From positions 2,022 to 66,021 of the forward strand of contig CAKSTO010000001.1 in NCBI GenBank assembly GCA_934501115.1: a stretch of DNA of 64,000 nt, given 5' to 3'. Both the position numbers and the translations under genes were made by a program. Of the stretch, positions 35,885 through 45,844 are shown one piece after another. Positions within the stretch are counted from its first letter, which is position 1. The number at the start of each line of letters is the position of its first letter. A model generated the notes under the pieces. That model was not told the origin of the DNA and ran no database searches. It saw only the letters and a list, made by a program, of their open reading frames with translations. The stretch is from an uncultured Faecalibacterium sp. GTDB taxonomy: Bacteria; Bacillota; Clostridia; Oscillospirales; Ruminococcaceae.

Positions 35885-37015
35885 TTAAGCCATCAGGGTC
35901 AGGATCAGGCCGCCTGCAATGACGGATGCGATCTGCCCCGAAACATTGACGCTGATGGAGTACATCAGCAGGAAATTCTGGTTGTCTTCTTCCAAGCCCA
36001 TCTTGTTAACGACACGGCCGCTCATGGGGAAGGCGGAGATGCCGGCCGCGCCGATCATCGGGTTCAGCTTTTTGCCTTCGGGCAGGAACAGGTTCAGCAG
36101 CTTTGCAAACAGCACGCCGCCTGCTGTGTCAAAGACGAAAGCTACCAGCCCCAGCGCAAGGATGAGCAGAGTGTCCGGCCGGACGAACTTGTCTGCGGTC
36201 ATCTGCCCGGCCACGGTCAGACCCAATACGATGGTGATGAGGTTTGCCAGCACATTCTGTGCGGTTTCACTGAGAACATTCAGCACGCCGCACTCCCGCA
36301 GCAGGTTGCCGAACATCAAAAAGCCAACCAGCGCGACACTGGCGGGGGCGACTATGCCTGCAATGATGGTGACGACAATGGGGAACAGGATCTTGGTCAG
36401 CTGGGAAACGCTGCCTTTTTCGTAAGGCATCCGGATGAGGCGCTCCTTCCGGGTGGTCAGCAGCCGGATGACCGGCGGCTGCACGATGGGAACCAGTGCC
36501 ATATAACTGTAAGCTGCCACCATGATGGCACCGAGATACTGTGAATTGAGAGTGTTTGCTACAAAAATGGCGGTAGGACCGTCCGCAGCACCGATCACGG
36601 CAATGGAAGCGGCATCCTTCAGGTCAAAGAAGAACCCTGCCAGAAACAGGGTGAAAAAGATGCCGAACTGTGCGGCGGCACCAAAGAGCATCAGCCACGG
36701 CTTTTCCAGCAGCGGGCCAAAATCGATCATGGCACCAATGCCGATGAAGAGCAGAAGCGGAAACAGCTCATTGGACATTCCCGCTTCAAACAGAGCGGAA
36801 ATGGGGCCGACGCTGTCGCCTTGGGTGATGGCGCCTGACAGGGGCAGGTTGACCAGAATGGCACCGAAGCCCATGGGCAAAAGCAGGCTCGGCTCCATCT
36901 TTTTGGCAATGGCGAGGTAGATGAGCAGCGCGCCGATGCCCCACATCACCACCATCTGCCAGGTCAGGTTTCCGAAGTTGGAAAACAGACTCGCGAATGT
37001 GTTCAGAAAATTCAT
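35885..37015 (-). CDS. Na+-translocating decarboxylase beta subunit (OadB/GcdB/MmdB family)
   Basis: It is a polytopic membrane protein, MNFLNTFASLFSNFGNLTWQMVVMWGIGALLIYLAI..., with the conserved LLPMGFGAILVNLP. The start has an AGGAGG RBS. Confidence 0.8.
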   Translation of the reverse strand: MNFLNTFASLFSNFGNLTWQMVVMWGIGALLIYLAIAKKMEPSLLLPMGFGAILVNLPLSGAITQGDSVGPISALFEAGMSNELFPLLLFIGIGAMIDFGPLLEKPWLMLFGAAAQFGIFFTLFLAGFFFDLKDAASIAVIGAADGPTAIFVANTLNSQYLGAIMVAAYSYMALVPIVQPPVIRLLTTRKERLIRMPYEKGSVSQLTKILFPIVVTIIAGIVAPASVALVGFLMFGNLLRECGVLNVLSETAQNVLANLITIVLGLTVAGQMTADKFVRPDTLLILALGLVAFVFDTAGGVLFAKLLNLFLPEGKKLNPMIGAAGISAFPMSGRVVNKMGLEEDNQNFLLMYSISVNVSGQIASVIAGGLILTLMA

Positions 37016-37342
37016 GTTTTTTGCCTCCTTGTGTTCCGGTACGGCGGCAAGAAAAAGAGACTTCCGCCACAGCACCTTGTCTGTGACAAAAGTCTCAAGC
37101 GAACACATGACATCGGGCATTTTTGCCGTGATGACGCTGCCATGTAGCAGCCTCCCGAAGCGTAAGCCGGAAAACTGCCCTTTACTCCCTTTTATCAGAT
37201 GTATTAAAACAGAATATGAGAAAGCTGTCAAGGAAAATGCGAAAATCTTTCCTGCATCTTATCCGGCTTTCTGAGATCCGGATGCCGACAGGGGGAGCGC
37301 TGCCCATACCGGGCATCACGAACCGGGAGAAGAACGGCGCTC

Positions 37343-37714
37343 TCAAAGCACTTTGGCAGCTGCAACGTTTTTGGTGACCATCACGTCGCTGTCCAGTCCG
37401 CAGACCTTGTGCAGAACGATGGTGCCTGCCTTGACGGGGGCGGTCAGCACCACCTTGCGGATCTCGTCCATCACGGGGAAGATCATATCCTTGGGGATGG
37501 CCTTGGTCAGGCGGACGCTGGTGACAGGCAGCTCGCCGCCCTTGACCAGCACCGAGCTGGCGATGGTGCGGCGGGGCGCGGTCAGCTCCTGACGGACATA
37601 CTGTTCGCCGCGGGGGCAGGTGTGGCCGGTGACCGAGATCACCTGACCATTTTCAACTTCGGCTTCGATCTCGCAGCCGTTGGGGCAGACGATACAGGTA
37701 AATTGCTTTTTCAT
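37343..37714 (-). CDS. DUF1667-domain protein (partner of FAD-dependent G3P-dehydrogenase-like enzymes)
   Basis: FTCIVCPNGCEIEAEV...VTGHTCPRGEQY is the Cys-rich DUF1667 pattern. Confidence 0.7.
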   Translation of the reverse strand: MKKQFTCIVCPNGCEIEAEVENGQVISVTGHTCPRGEQYVRQELTAPRRTIASSVLVKGGELPVTSVRLTKAIPKDMIFPVMDEIRKVVLTAPVKAGTIVLHKVCGLDSDVMVTKNVAAAKVL

Positions 37715-38943
37715 TCCACCGACACCTCCAGTGCGCCTTCCTGCTGCAGCTTTTCCGCAGAGACCTTGAACTGGATCATCTCCGCAGGAATGGCTTTCTT
37801 CATCTTCTTGGCAGCAACTTCCACACCGTTCTGGCGCACCACGATGCGGCAGTCACGGTAGTGGTTCCGCACGCGCAGCGACAGGCTGAAGTCGTTCTTG
37901 CCGCTGACCTTCTGCGGAATGGTGTGGCCCACGCCCTCGCCGCACTTCACGTCCAGCGTGCAGGGGTCGATGCCCTTGCCCTCAACGTAGGCGGCAGCGT
38001 GGCGTGCCAGTGCCTCGGACTCCATGGAAACGAAGTCCACCAGATCATGCACATGCAGCACATTGCCGGCAGAGAACACGCCGGGCACGTTGGTCTGCAG
38101 GTTCTCGTCCACGAAGGCACCGTTGGTGTGGGGGTCAATGGCGATGCCGGCATCCTCCAGCAGCTTGTTTTCCGGGATCAGGCCGACGGAGAGGATCAGG
38201 GTATCGCACTTGTACTCCTTCTCGGTGCCGGGGATAGGCCGGCGGTTCGCGTCCACCTCGGAGATGGTCACACCGGTCAGACGATCGCGGCCATGGATCT
38301 CGGTGACGGTGTGGCTGAGATAGAGCGGGATCTTGTAGTCGTCCAGACACTGCACGATGTTGCGCGGCAGGCCGGAGGGGTAAGGCATCAGCTCGAACAC
38401 TGCCTGCACATGAGCGCCTTCCAGCGTCATGCGGCGAGCCATGATCATACCGATATCGCCGGAGCCGAGGATGATGACCTCCTTGCCGGGCATCCGGTTG
38501 TAGAGGTTCATGTAAGCCTGTGCGGTGCCTGCGGTGAACACGCCCGCCGGACGCTCGCCGGGGATGCCCAGTGCACCGCGGCTGCGCTCCTTGCAGCCCA
38601 TGGCAAGCACCACGGCCTTTGCCTGATACTGGCGCAAGCCGCTGCGGGTGGAAGCGGTGACGACGCGATCCGCCGTCAGGCTCAGCACCGTGGCGCTGGT
38701 CTCACAGGGGATCTCACGCTTGTTCACCTCATCAATGAAAGCCTGTGCATACTCGGGGCCGGACAGGCTCTCGCCGAAGCGACCCAGACCAAAGCCGTCA
38801 TGGATGCACTGGCGCAGGATGCCGCCCAGCATCGCCTCGCGCTCCAGAATGATCATGCTGCGGATGCCCTGCTTGTGCAGCTCCACCGCTGCGGCAAGAC
38901 CTGCGGGGCCGCCGCCGATAATCACAACGTCCTTCTGTTCCAT
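37711..38943 (-). CDS. NAD(P)/FAD-dependent pyridine-nucleotide-disulfide-family oxidoreductase
   Basis: VVIIGGGPAGLAAA is the dinucleotide-binding motif, and a second Rossmann motif IILGSGDIGM is present. Its stop overlaps the DUF1667 gene start. Confidence 0.8.
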   Translation of the reverse strand: MEQKDVVIIGGGPAGLAAAVELHKQGIRSMIILEREAMLGGILRQCIHDGFGLGRFGESLSGPEYAQAFIDEVNKREIPCETSATVLSLTADRVVTASTRSGLRQYQAKAVVLAMGCKERSRGALGIPGERPAGVFTAGTAQAYMNLYNRMPGKEVIILGSGDIGMIMARRMTLEGAHVQAVFELMPYPSGLPRNIVQCLDDYKIPLYLSHTVTEIHGRDRLTGVTISEVDANRRPIPGTEKEYKCDTLILSVGLIPENKLLEDAGIAIDPHTNGAFVDENLQTNVPGVFSAGNVLHVHDLVDFVSMESEALARHAAAYVEGKGIDPCTLDVKCGEGVGHTIPQKVSGKNDFSLSLRVRNHYRDCRIVVRQNGVEVAAKKMKKAIPAEMIQFKVSAEKLQQEGALEVSVE

Positions 38944-38946
38944 CGC

Positions 38947-40407
38947 TCAGTTTTCCTCCTTCCGCATTTCCCCGGTCAACACCCACGAGCCCTGACGGCT
39001 GTAACGGATGTCCTCCGGCTTGATGCCCAACTCCTGCTCAATGAACTGCTCGATCTTCATCTGGCAGAAGCCGCCCTGACAGCCGCCCATCATGGCGCGG
39101 GTGCGGTACTTGATGCCGGTCATGGTGGAGACGCCCAGCGGGTTGTGAATGGCCTGCAGGATCTCCGCCTTGGTCACTTCCTCACAGCTGCAGATCATCT
39201 CGCCGTAATCGGGGTTCTGCGCGATGAGCTCTGCCTGCTGCTCCGGAGTGCACTCTGCAAACTTGACGATGCCCCTGTGGTGGGGGTCGAAGCCGGGGTT
39301 TGCTGCGAACTTCTCGCGCTCCAGCATCAGGCCGATGACGTAGCGTGCCAGCGGCACACTGCCGGTCAGACCCGGAGACTCGATGCCTACGAGGTTGACG
39401 GCATTGGGAGCTACATCGTCCCGGATCTCCACCTTCCAGTCCTGAATGGCTCCGTTCTCGTCCACCCACTTGGGCTGAATGCCGGCGAAGGTGCGGATCT
39501 GATCCTTCTTGAAGATGTGGGGCCACAGCTTTGCGCCCTCCACGGCCAGACTGTCCATGTTGGCCTGCGGCACACCGTAATCGTCCAGCACATCGGTGTT
39601 CTCGGCATCCGGGCCCACGGTGACATTGCCGTCCACGGTGGGGGTGATGTGGATGCCCATATAGGTGTTGCTGGGCACCGGGTACACTGGCATGGGCAGC
39701 AGCCTGCCCATGCGCTTGTGGAGGATGATGTAGTTGCTGCGGGAGCCGATGACACGGTAGCCGGTCAGACCCAGCAGGTCGGAGATCTGTTTTGCGCCCA
39801 GACCTGCGGCGTTGACCACCCAGCGGGTGCAGACATCGCCGTGTTCGGTGTGCAGATAGTACAGCCCGTTTTCCCGGGTGATGGCCGTGACCTTGTGGTC
39901 AAAGAAGAAGTCCACGCCGTTGGCGTGTGCGTTCTCGGCCAGAGCCACCGTGTACAGGAACGGATCCATGATGCCGCTGTTTTTCGACCACATGGCAAAC
40001 TTGCCCACCACGGCGGGCACCAGCTCATGCAGCTTTGCTTCATCGATCATTTCCAGACCGGTGCAGCCGTTGACCGCACCCTGCTTCATGGTGCGCTTCA
40101 GCTGCTCCATGTCCTCGGAGGTGTTGCCCACCAGCACCTTGCCGCAGCGCTTGAACGGGAAGTTCAGATCCTCGGCCAGCTGATCCATGATCCTGTTGCC
40201 CTCCACGCAGCATTTTGCCTTCAGGCTGCCGGTGGGGTTGGCAAAGCCGCCGTGCACCACCGCAGAGTTGCGGCCGCTGGTCTCGTTGCAGACATCCAGA
40301 TTCTTTTCCAGCACTGCAATGCTCAGTTTGTACCGGGAAAGCTCCCGGGCAAGGGCACTGCCCACCACACCTGCGCCGATGATGATAACATCGTATTGTT
40401 TCAGCAT
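38947..40407 (-). CDS. FAD-dependent oxidoreductase of the anaerobic glycerol-3-phosphate dehydrogenase (GlpA-like) family with a C-terminal BFD-like [2Fe-2S] domain
   Basis: It has DVIIIGAGVVGSALAREL. The C-terminus is CSCEEVTKAEILQAI...GCQGGFC. The start at 40407 is supported by AAGGTGG. Confidence 0.8.
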   Translation of the reverse strand: MLKQYDVIIIGAGVVGSALARELSRYKLSIAVLEKNLDVCNETSGRNSAVVHGGFANPTGSLKAKCCVEGNRIMDQLAEDLNFPFKRCGKVLVGNTSEDMEQLKRTMKQGAVNGCTGLEMIDEAKLHELVPAVVGKFAMWSKNSGIMDPFLYTVALAENAHANGVDFFFDHKVTAITRENGLYYLHTEHGDVCTRWVVNAAGLGAKQISDLLGLTGYRVIGSRSNYIILHKRMGRLLPMPVYPVPSNTYMGIHITPTVDGNVTVGPDAENTDVLDDYGVPQANMDSLAVEGAKLWPHIFKKDQIRTFAGIQPKWVDENGAIQDWKVEIRDDVAPNAVNLVGIESPGLTGSVPLARYVIGLMLEREKFAANPGFDPHHRGIVKFAECTPEQQAELIAQNPDYGEMICSCEEVTKAEILQAIHNPLGVSTMTGIKYRTRAMMGGCQGGFCQMKIEQFIEQELGIKPEDIRYSRQGSWVLTGEMRKEEN

Positions 40408-40579
40408 GGAAACCACCTTTTCTCTTTGCTTCATATATTTGCCTTATTGAAATATATTTCATTACTGTAAATATATATCTTGAAATTGGGATTGTCAAGC
40501 CGTTTTGACAAAAAACGTGCACAAAAAGAAGCCCTGTCCTTTGGAAAAAGTGACAGAGCTTCTGGAAATTCGAGGAGAT

Positions 40580-41257
40580 TCACTTGAAATACTGGGGGAA
40601 GGACTCCCGGATGGTGGCAAGGTTTTCGGTGTACCGCTGCATGTGCCGGGCGGCAATGGCCCGTGCAGCAGCAGCGTCCTTTGCTTCGATGGCCTTCAGC
40701 AAGCTGGTGTGGTCGTCCAGAATCGCCTCTGCCGGACGGCACCGGAAGCTGAGCATGGTAGTTCGGTCAAAATGAGGTGCCAGATTTTCCACCAGTTCGT
40801 ACCAGTAGGGGCAGCCGCACAGCTGATACAGCATCCGGTGGAACTCTTTGTCCAGCGCAAAGATCTTTTCTTCCTGCGCGCGCTGAATGTACATCTGCCA
40901 CAGTGCCACATTTTCCCAGAGACGATCCAGCTGCTGTTTGTTCAGCATTTCGCAGGCCATCCCGGCCAGCTCAGTCTCCAGCACCGCCCGGAGGTGCCGT
41001 ACTTCCTCCACCAGCTCTGCGTCGATGAGAGAGACATAGGTGCCGATCTTAGGACGGATCTCAATGAGCCGCCGCTGTGCCAGCTCCAGCTCCGCCTCCC
41101 GGAAAGGCGTCCGGCTGACCCCCAACTGCTGGCATAATTCCGGCTCGTTGAGTTTTTCTCCGGGTTCCAGACGGGTGTTGACAATGTTATCAATGAGCAC
41201 CCGAAGAACAAAATTTTTAGCAGATTCCTGCGCTCTGCGCTCAGAGATCGATACCAT
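40580..41257 (-). CDS. GntR/FadR-family transcriptional regulator (winged HTH plus FCD domain)
   Basis: It has an N-terminal GntR HTH (LNEPELCQQLGVSRTPFREA) and a C-terminal all-helical FCD-like domain. Confidence 0.85.
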   Translation of the reverse strand: MVSISERRAQESAKNFVLRVLIDNIVNTRLEPGEKLNEPELCQQLGVSRTPFREAELELAQRRLIEIRPKIGTYVSLIDAELVEEVRHLRAVLETELAGMACEMLNKQQLDRLWENVALWQMYIQRAQEEKIFALDKEFHRMLYQLCGCPYWYELVENLAPHFDRTTMLSFRCRPAEAILDDHTSLLKAIEAKDAAAARAIAARHMQRYTENLATIRESFPQYFK

Positions 41258-41548
41258 CGTTCGCCGCTCCTTTTATTGATTGCTTTTTGCATTATACGCG
41301 ATTTTGGGGCGAGTTGTCAAACCCGAAAAGCGGGACGCCGACGCTGCACCTGTCTGGGCAGAGACCCTATTATAATAGAAACGCAGTGCACCCGTTCCAC
41401 TTGCAGAAAGAGTGTAATTTTTAGTGAAAGGCGTTTCTTTTGTAAAACATGGAGAAAAGTTGTAGAAAGCAAATCTGCCAAAAATTGCTGCAATAATTGG
41501 TCAAAGCGACCATAAAATTTAAGAAACGACAAAAAGATTAAAAACTAC

Positions 41549-41577
41549 TTGACAAAAATGAAGCAAAGACGTATCAT
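41549..41577 (+). promoter_or_regulatory. Putative promoter (TTGACA-17-TATCAT) for the TRAP transporter operon
   Basis: Read directly: cttgacaaaaatgaagcaaagacgtatcatgaa. Confidence 0.4.
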
Positions 41578-41712
41578 GAAATCACAATGAAAGCGGATAC
41601 ACGAAGATTCACGCCGGAGTCCGCGGGCCATGCCGATGGCCGAAACGAACTGTGTCTCAGGTGGAATGTTCCACACAAATGCAAGAGGATAAAAAACAAG
41701 GAGGCTATTGAA

Positions 41713-42774
41713 ATGAAAAAGATCTCTCGTCGCCGTTTCCTGCAGATCACTGGTATCTCGGCAGCTGCAGTCGGCCTGACTGCCTGCGGTGGAAGCTCCG
41801 GCAGTTCTACGGGCACCGCAACTTCCGGCGGCGCAAGCACAGCCCCGGCAGCGGACGGAAAGAAGTACACCCTGCGTGCTTCTTCCAATCAGGCGGCCAC
41901 AAGCACTGTCGGCATGGCACTGGCAAAGTTTGTGGAGCTTATCAATGAAAAGAGTGCGGGTCGGATCAGTGCAACGGCAAACTACGGCTCAGAGCTGGGC
42001 AGTCAGGCCGAGCAGGTGGCAATGGCCATCGCAGGCGATCTGGAGCTGGTGCTGTCCACCCCCGGTACCGGCCCGGGCGCATACGACGGCCTGGAGCAGA
42101 TGCAGATGTTCGAGTTCCCCTTCCTGTTTGAGGATAACGATCAGTACCGCCGTGTGCTGAAGGGAGCCGAGGAGCAGGTGAACGAGCTGGCCAACACCAT
42201 CGGCCTGAGCGGCATGGGCGGTATGTCCATGGGCTCCCGCGATATGCTGACCACCGTGCCCGTAAAGACGCTGGCCGATATGAAAGATCTGGTCATGCGC
42301 GGCCCCAACGCCATTTACAACGGGATGTTCGAGTGTCTGGGCGCTGCCGGCATCACCATGGACTGGAACGATATTTACACGTCCCTTTCGCAGAATGTCT
42401 GTCAGGGCTGTGAGGGCTCTCCTGTGATGCTGAACGCTTCCAAGCTGCAGGATAATGCAAAGTATCTGGCCATCACCAATCATATCATTGCCTGCGTTTA
42501 CTTCTTCTTCAACACCGACTGGCTGGAATCTCTGCCGGAGGATGTGCGCACCATCGTCACCGATTGCGTGAAGGAAGCGGTGGATTATCAGGAGTCCATT
42601 GATGACGATGCACAGAAGGATGCATTGGAGCAGATGAAGAATGACGGCGTAGAGGTCACCGAGCCTGCCGATATTCAGGCATGGAAGGACGTGTGTGCAC
42701 CGATGCTGGACGAGTATCGCGCAAAGGGCGATGCATGGGCCAAGTTCACTGACCTGCTGCTCTCCATCAAGTAA
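41713..42774 (+). CDS. TRAP transporter substrate-binding protein (DctP family), Tat/lipoprotein signal
   Basis: MKKISRRRFLQITGISAAAVGLTACGG is a twin-arginine signal with a lipobox. The DctP-like body follows. It has an AAGGAGG RBS. Confidence 0.85.
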   Translation: MKKISRRRFLQITGISAAAVGLTACGGSSGSSTGTATSGGASTAPAADGKKYTLRASSNQAATSTVGMALAKFVELINEKSAGRISATANYGSELGSQAEQVAMAIAGDLELVLSTPGTGPGAYDGLEQMQMFEFPFLFEDNDQYRRVLKGAEEQVNELANTIGLSGMGGMSMGSRDMLTTVPVKTLADMKDLVMRGPNAIYNGMFECLGAAGITMDWNDIYTSLSQNVCQGCEGSPVMLNASKLQDNAKYLAITNHIIACVYFFFNTDWLESLPEDVRTIVTDCVKEAVDYQESIDDDAQKDALEQMKNDGVEVTEPADIQAWKDVCAPMLDEYRAKGDAWAKFTDLLLSIK

Positions 42775-42901
42775 AAAGCCGGCATCGGCTATTCCTGTAT
42801 TTTAGATGGAACTGTCCGGGCTGTATCTTTCTGGAACCAGAAACTTTCAGCCCGGACTTTTTAGGTAAAAAAACAAATCATTACGGCAGGAGGTGTCTGC
42901 T

Positions 42902-43435
42902 TTGAATACACTACGAAAAGTTGATAAGATCCTGAATGGGATCCGGTCGGTCGCGCTGGTTGTGCTGCTGGTTTCCATGATGGGGATGTGCACGATGAAC
43001 GTCGTTCTGCGCTACCTGATCAAAGGCGTGTCGTTCCTGCGCCCGTTTTCATGGGTGAACGAGATGATGCAGGTGCTGGCGATCTGGGTGGTGTTTCTGG
43101 CGGCGGGGCTTGGTGTGCGGCAGGATGCCCATGTCAGTCTGGAAAGCCTTACAGAGAAATATCTGCCCGCAAAGGCATCCCGGATCCTGCGCAAGGCCGC
43201 GCAGGTGATCGTCATTGCGGTGCTGGTGCTGCTGATCGTGATCGGCATCCAGCAAACGATCAAAATGCGCACGAGCTTTCTGCAGAACCTGCCCATCTCC
43301 AATGCATGGTTCTATGCAGCGATCCCGGTGGGATGTGCGTATCTGCTGTACGAATATGTTCTGATCCTGGTGTTCGGCAAAAACCCGTTTGCGCCCGCAC
43401 CCGGTGATGACGACAATGTGACCGGTGCGTTTTGA
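42902..43435 (+). CDS. TRAP transporter small permease (DctQ family)
   Basis: It has four TM helices, typical for this family. The TTG start has better RBS spacing than the GTG at 42893. Confidence 0.7.
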   Translation: MNTLRKVDKILNGIRSVALVVLLVSMMGMCTMNVVLRYLIKGVSFLRPFSWVNEMMQVLAIWVVFLAAGLGVRQDAHVSLESLTEKYLPAKASRILRKAAQVIVIAVLVLLIVIGIQQTIKMRTSFLQNLPISNAWFYAAIPVGCAYLLYEYVLILVFGKNPFAPAPGDDDNVTGAF

Positions 43436-43453
43436 GAAGGAGGGAGAACGCAG

Positions 43454-44737
43454 ATGCTTACCGTTTTTTTGATCTTTGTCGTTCTGCTTGCCTTTATTTT
43501 TCTGGGCTTTCCCATCTTCATGTCGCTGCTGATCACCGGCATCCTGTTTCTTACATTGGGCGGCAACTCGCTGGGACTTACCGTCATTAAGATGTTTGGC
43601 AGTGCCAACAGCCTTTCGCTGCTGGCGATCCCATACTTTGTCATTGCGGGCAACATCATCATGAAGGCTCGCATCACCGATAAGCTGGTCAACTTTGCAG
43701 ATGCAGCCGTTGGCTGGCTGCCCGGCGGCCTCGGCCACGTGAACGTGCTGACCTCTATGATCTTTGGCGGCATTCAGGGCAGCGGCTGCGCCGACGCTGC
43801 AGCCATTGGCGGCATGCTGATCCCTGCCATGGAAAAGCAGGGATATGACAAGGATTATTCTGTGGCGGTCACCGCAGGCTCCTCCATGCTGTCTCCCATC
43901 ATCCCGCCCAGCATCGCCATGATCCTGTATTCTTATTATACAGAGGTGCCTGTGGGGCGCCTGTTCATGGGAGCGCTGGTGCCCGGTATCCTTTTGGGAA
44001 TCCTGCAGATGGGCGTTGTGTATCTGGAGTACCGGCTGCGCAAATATGATATTCCACGCACCCGCTTTTCGTTCGGAAATCTGCTGAAGACCGCATGGCA
44101 CTCTCTGGGAGCGTTGATGATGCCTCTGATCATCCTCAGCGGCATCTGCTTCGGCATCGTTACGCCCACCGAGTCCGGTGTGTTGGCCATCCTGTACGGT
44201 CTGCTGTATGGCTTCTGCATCAGCAAGACCCTGAAGTGGAGCGACATTCCCGGTATCCTGATCGACTCTGCCGTGACGACCTCCGTGGTGTACATGACCA
44301 TTGTGGGCGCCGGTGTGCTTTCCAATGTGCTGGTGCGCCTGCATTTCCAGACCGAGGTGCAGAATTTTGCCGTCAACACGCTGGGCAGCCCGGTGCTGGC
44401 GGTGTTGTTCCTCATCGTGACGTTTGTGATCCTGGGCATGTTCCTGGATCCCACCGTCATCATTGCCATGTTTGCAGCCACCGTGCTTGCCATCGGCAAC
44501 TCGCTGGGCTTTGATCCCATTCAGTTCGGCGTCCCCATGGTCATTGTGATGCAGCTGGGCGCGATCACCCCGCCGGTAGGCACCTTCCTGTTCATCTCCT
44601 GCGGCGTGGCAAAGCTGCCGGTAGAGAAAGCGGTCAAACCGTTGCTGCCTTACATCGCGACCGTCGTGATCATCGTTGCGCTGGCATTTGTATTCCCGCC
44701 GCTGGTCACCTGGCTGCCGGGTCTCATCTACAGCTGA
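43454..44737 (+). CDS. TRAP transporter large permease (DctM family)
   Basis: It is a 427-aa polytopic membrane protein with DctM-like conserved G/P-rich helices. It has a GAAGGAGGGAG RBS. Confidence 0.9.
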   Translation: MLTVFLIFVVLLAFIFLGFPIFMSLLITGILFLTLGGNSLGLTVIKMFGSANSLSLLAIPYFVIAGNIIMKARITDKLVNFADAAVGWLPGGLGHVNVLTSMIFGGIQGSGCADAAAIGGMLIPAMEKQGYDKDYSVAVTAGSSMLSPIIPPSIAMILYSYYTEVPVGRLFMGALVPGILLGILQMGVVYLEYRLRKYDIPRTRFSFGNLLKTAWHSLGALMMPLIILSGICFGIVTPTESGVLAILYGLLYGFCISKTLKWSDIPGILIDSAVTTSVVYMTIVGAGVLSNVLVRLHFQTEVQNFAVNTLGSPVLAVLFLIVTFVILGMFLDPTVIIAMFAATVLAIGNSLGFDPIQFGVPMVIVMQLGAITPPVGTFLFISCGVAKLPVEKAVKPLLPYIATVVIIVALAFVFPPLVTWLPGLIYS

Positions 44738-44758
44738 TAAAGAAAAGGGGGTATCCTG

Positions 44759-45844
44759 ATGCAGGAAAAAAAAGATGGAGCAATGTATGCGCCCAAGGGC
44801 AAAGCAAAGCCGGTATGTGCCCCGGGTGAGTTCCCTGTAGGGGTCATCGGGCTGGATCATGGCCATATTTATGGCATGTGCAATGGTCTGACCGAGGCGG
44901 GTGCCGAGATCACACTGGTATACGACCCTGACCCTGAAAAGGTGGTGCGATTCCAGCAGGCGTTTCCCACGGCGAAGGCAGCGGTCAGCATGGATGAGGT
45001 GTACGCCTCCAATGTAAAGATGATCGCTTCTGCATCCATCCCGTTGGATCGTGGGCCGCTGGGAGTGGAGGCTATGCGCCACGGCAAGGACTTTTTTGTG
45101 GACAAGCCGCCGCTGATCACACCCGAACATCTGGAACAGGTGCGTCAGACCGTGCGCGAGACCGGGCAGAAGTTCTTCTGTTACTTCAGCGAGCGTCTGC
45201 ACGTGGAGGGCTCGGTGTATGCACAGCAGCTGCTGGAACAGGGCAAGATCGGTAAGGTAGTGCAGGTAATGGGTTGGGGCCCCCATCGCATGGGCCCTGA
45301 AAACGGCCGTCCGGACTGGTTTTTTGAGAAAGATGTTTACGGCGGCATCCTCACGGATATCGGCTGCCATCAGATCGAGCAGATCATCTTCTTCTCCGGG
45401 GCCGGAGATGCCCGCATCGTGCATAGCCGCGCAGGCAACTATAACCATCCGAACCGCCCCGGATTCGAGGATTTTGGCGACTGCATGATCGAATGCGACA
45501 ACGGTGTGACCGGTTACTTCCGGGTGGACTGGTTCACCCCGAAAGGGCTGGGTGCATGGGGGGATGGCCGTACCATCATTGAGGGTACGGACGGCTACAT
45601 TGAGATCCGAAAGTATATCGATGTGGCGAACAGCGCGGAAGGCGATCAGGTGTATTATGTTGACCACGAAGGTGAGCATCACTGCTGCGCCAGCGGCAAA
45701 TGCGGCTTCCCCTTTTTTGGCGGCATGATCCGTGACTGTCTGGATCGCACCGAGCTGGTGATGAAGCAGGATTATATTTTCCGCGTGATCGAGCTTGCGA
45801 TGCAGGCAGAGCGCGAAGCTGAAAAAGTTGGCTTTAAGGGGTGA
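44759..45844 (+). CDS. Gfo/Idh/MocA-family oxidoreductase
   Basis: It has an N-terminal Rossmann fold, VGVIGLDHGHIYGM. The downstream gene overlaps. Confidence 0.75.
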   Translation: MQEKKDGAMYAPKGKAKPVCAPGEFPVGVIGLDHGHIYGMCNGLTEAGAEITLVYDPDPEKVVRFQQAFPTAKAAVSMDEVYASNVKMIASASIPLDRGPLGVEAMRHGKDFFVDKPPLITPEHLEQVRQTVRETGQKFFCYFSERLHVEGSVYAQQLLEQGKIGKVVQVMGWGPHRMGPENGRPDWFFEKDVYGGILTDIGCHQIEQIIFFSGAGDARIVHSRAGNYNHPNRPGFEDFGDCMIECDNGVTGYFRVDWFTPKGLGAWGDGRTIIEGTDGYIEIRKYIDVANSAEGDQVYYVDHEGEHHCCASGKCGFPFFGGMIRDCLDRTELVMKQDYIFRVIELAMQAEREAEKVGFKG

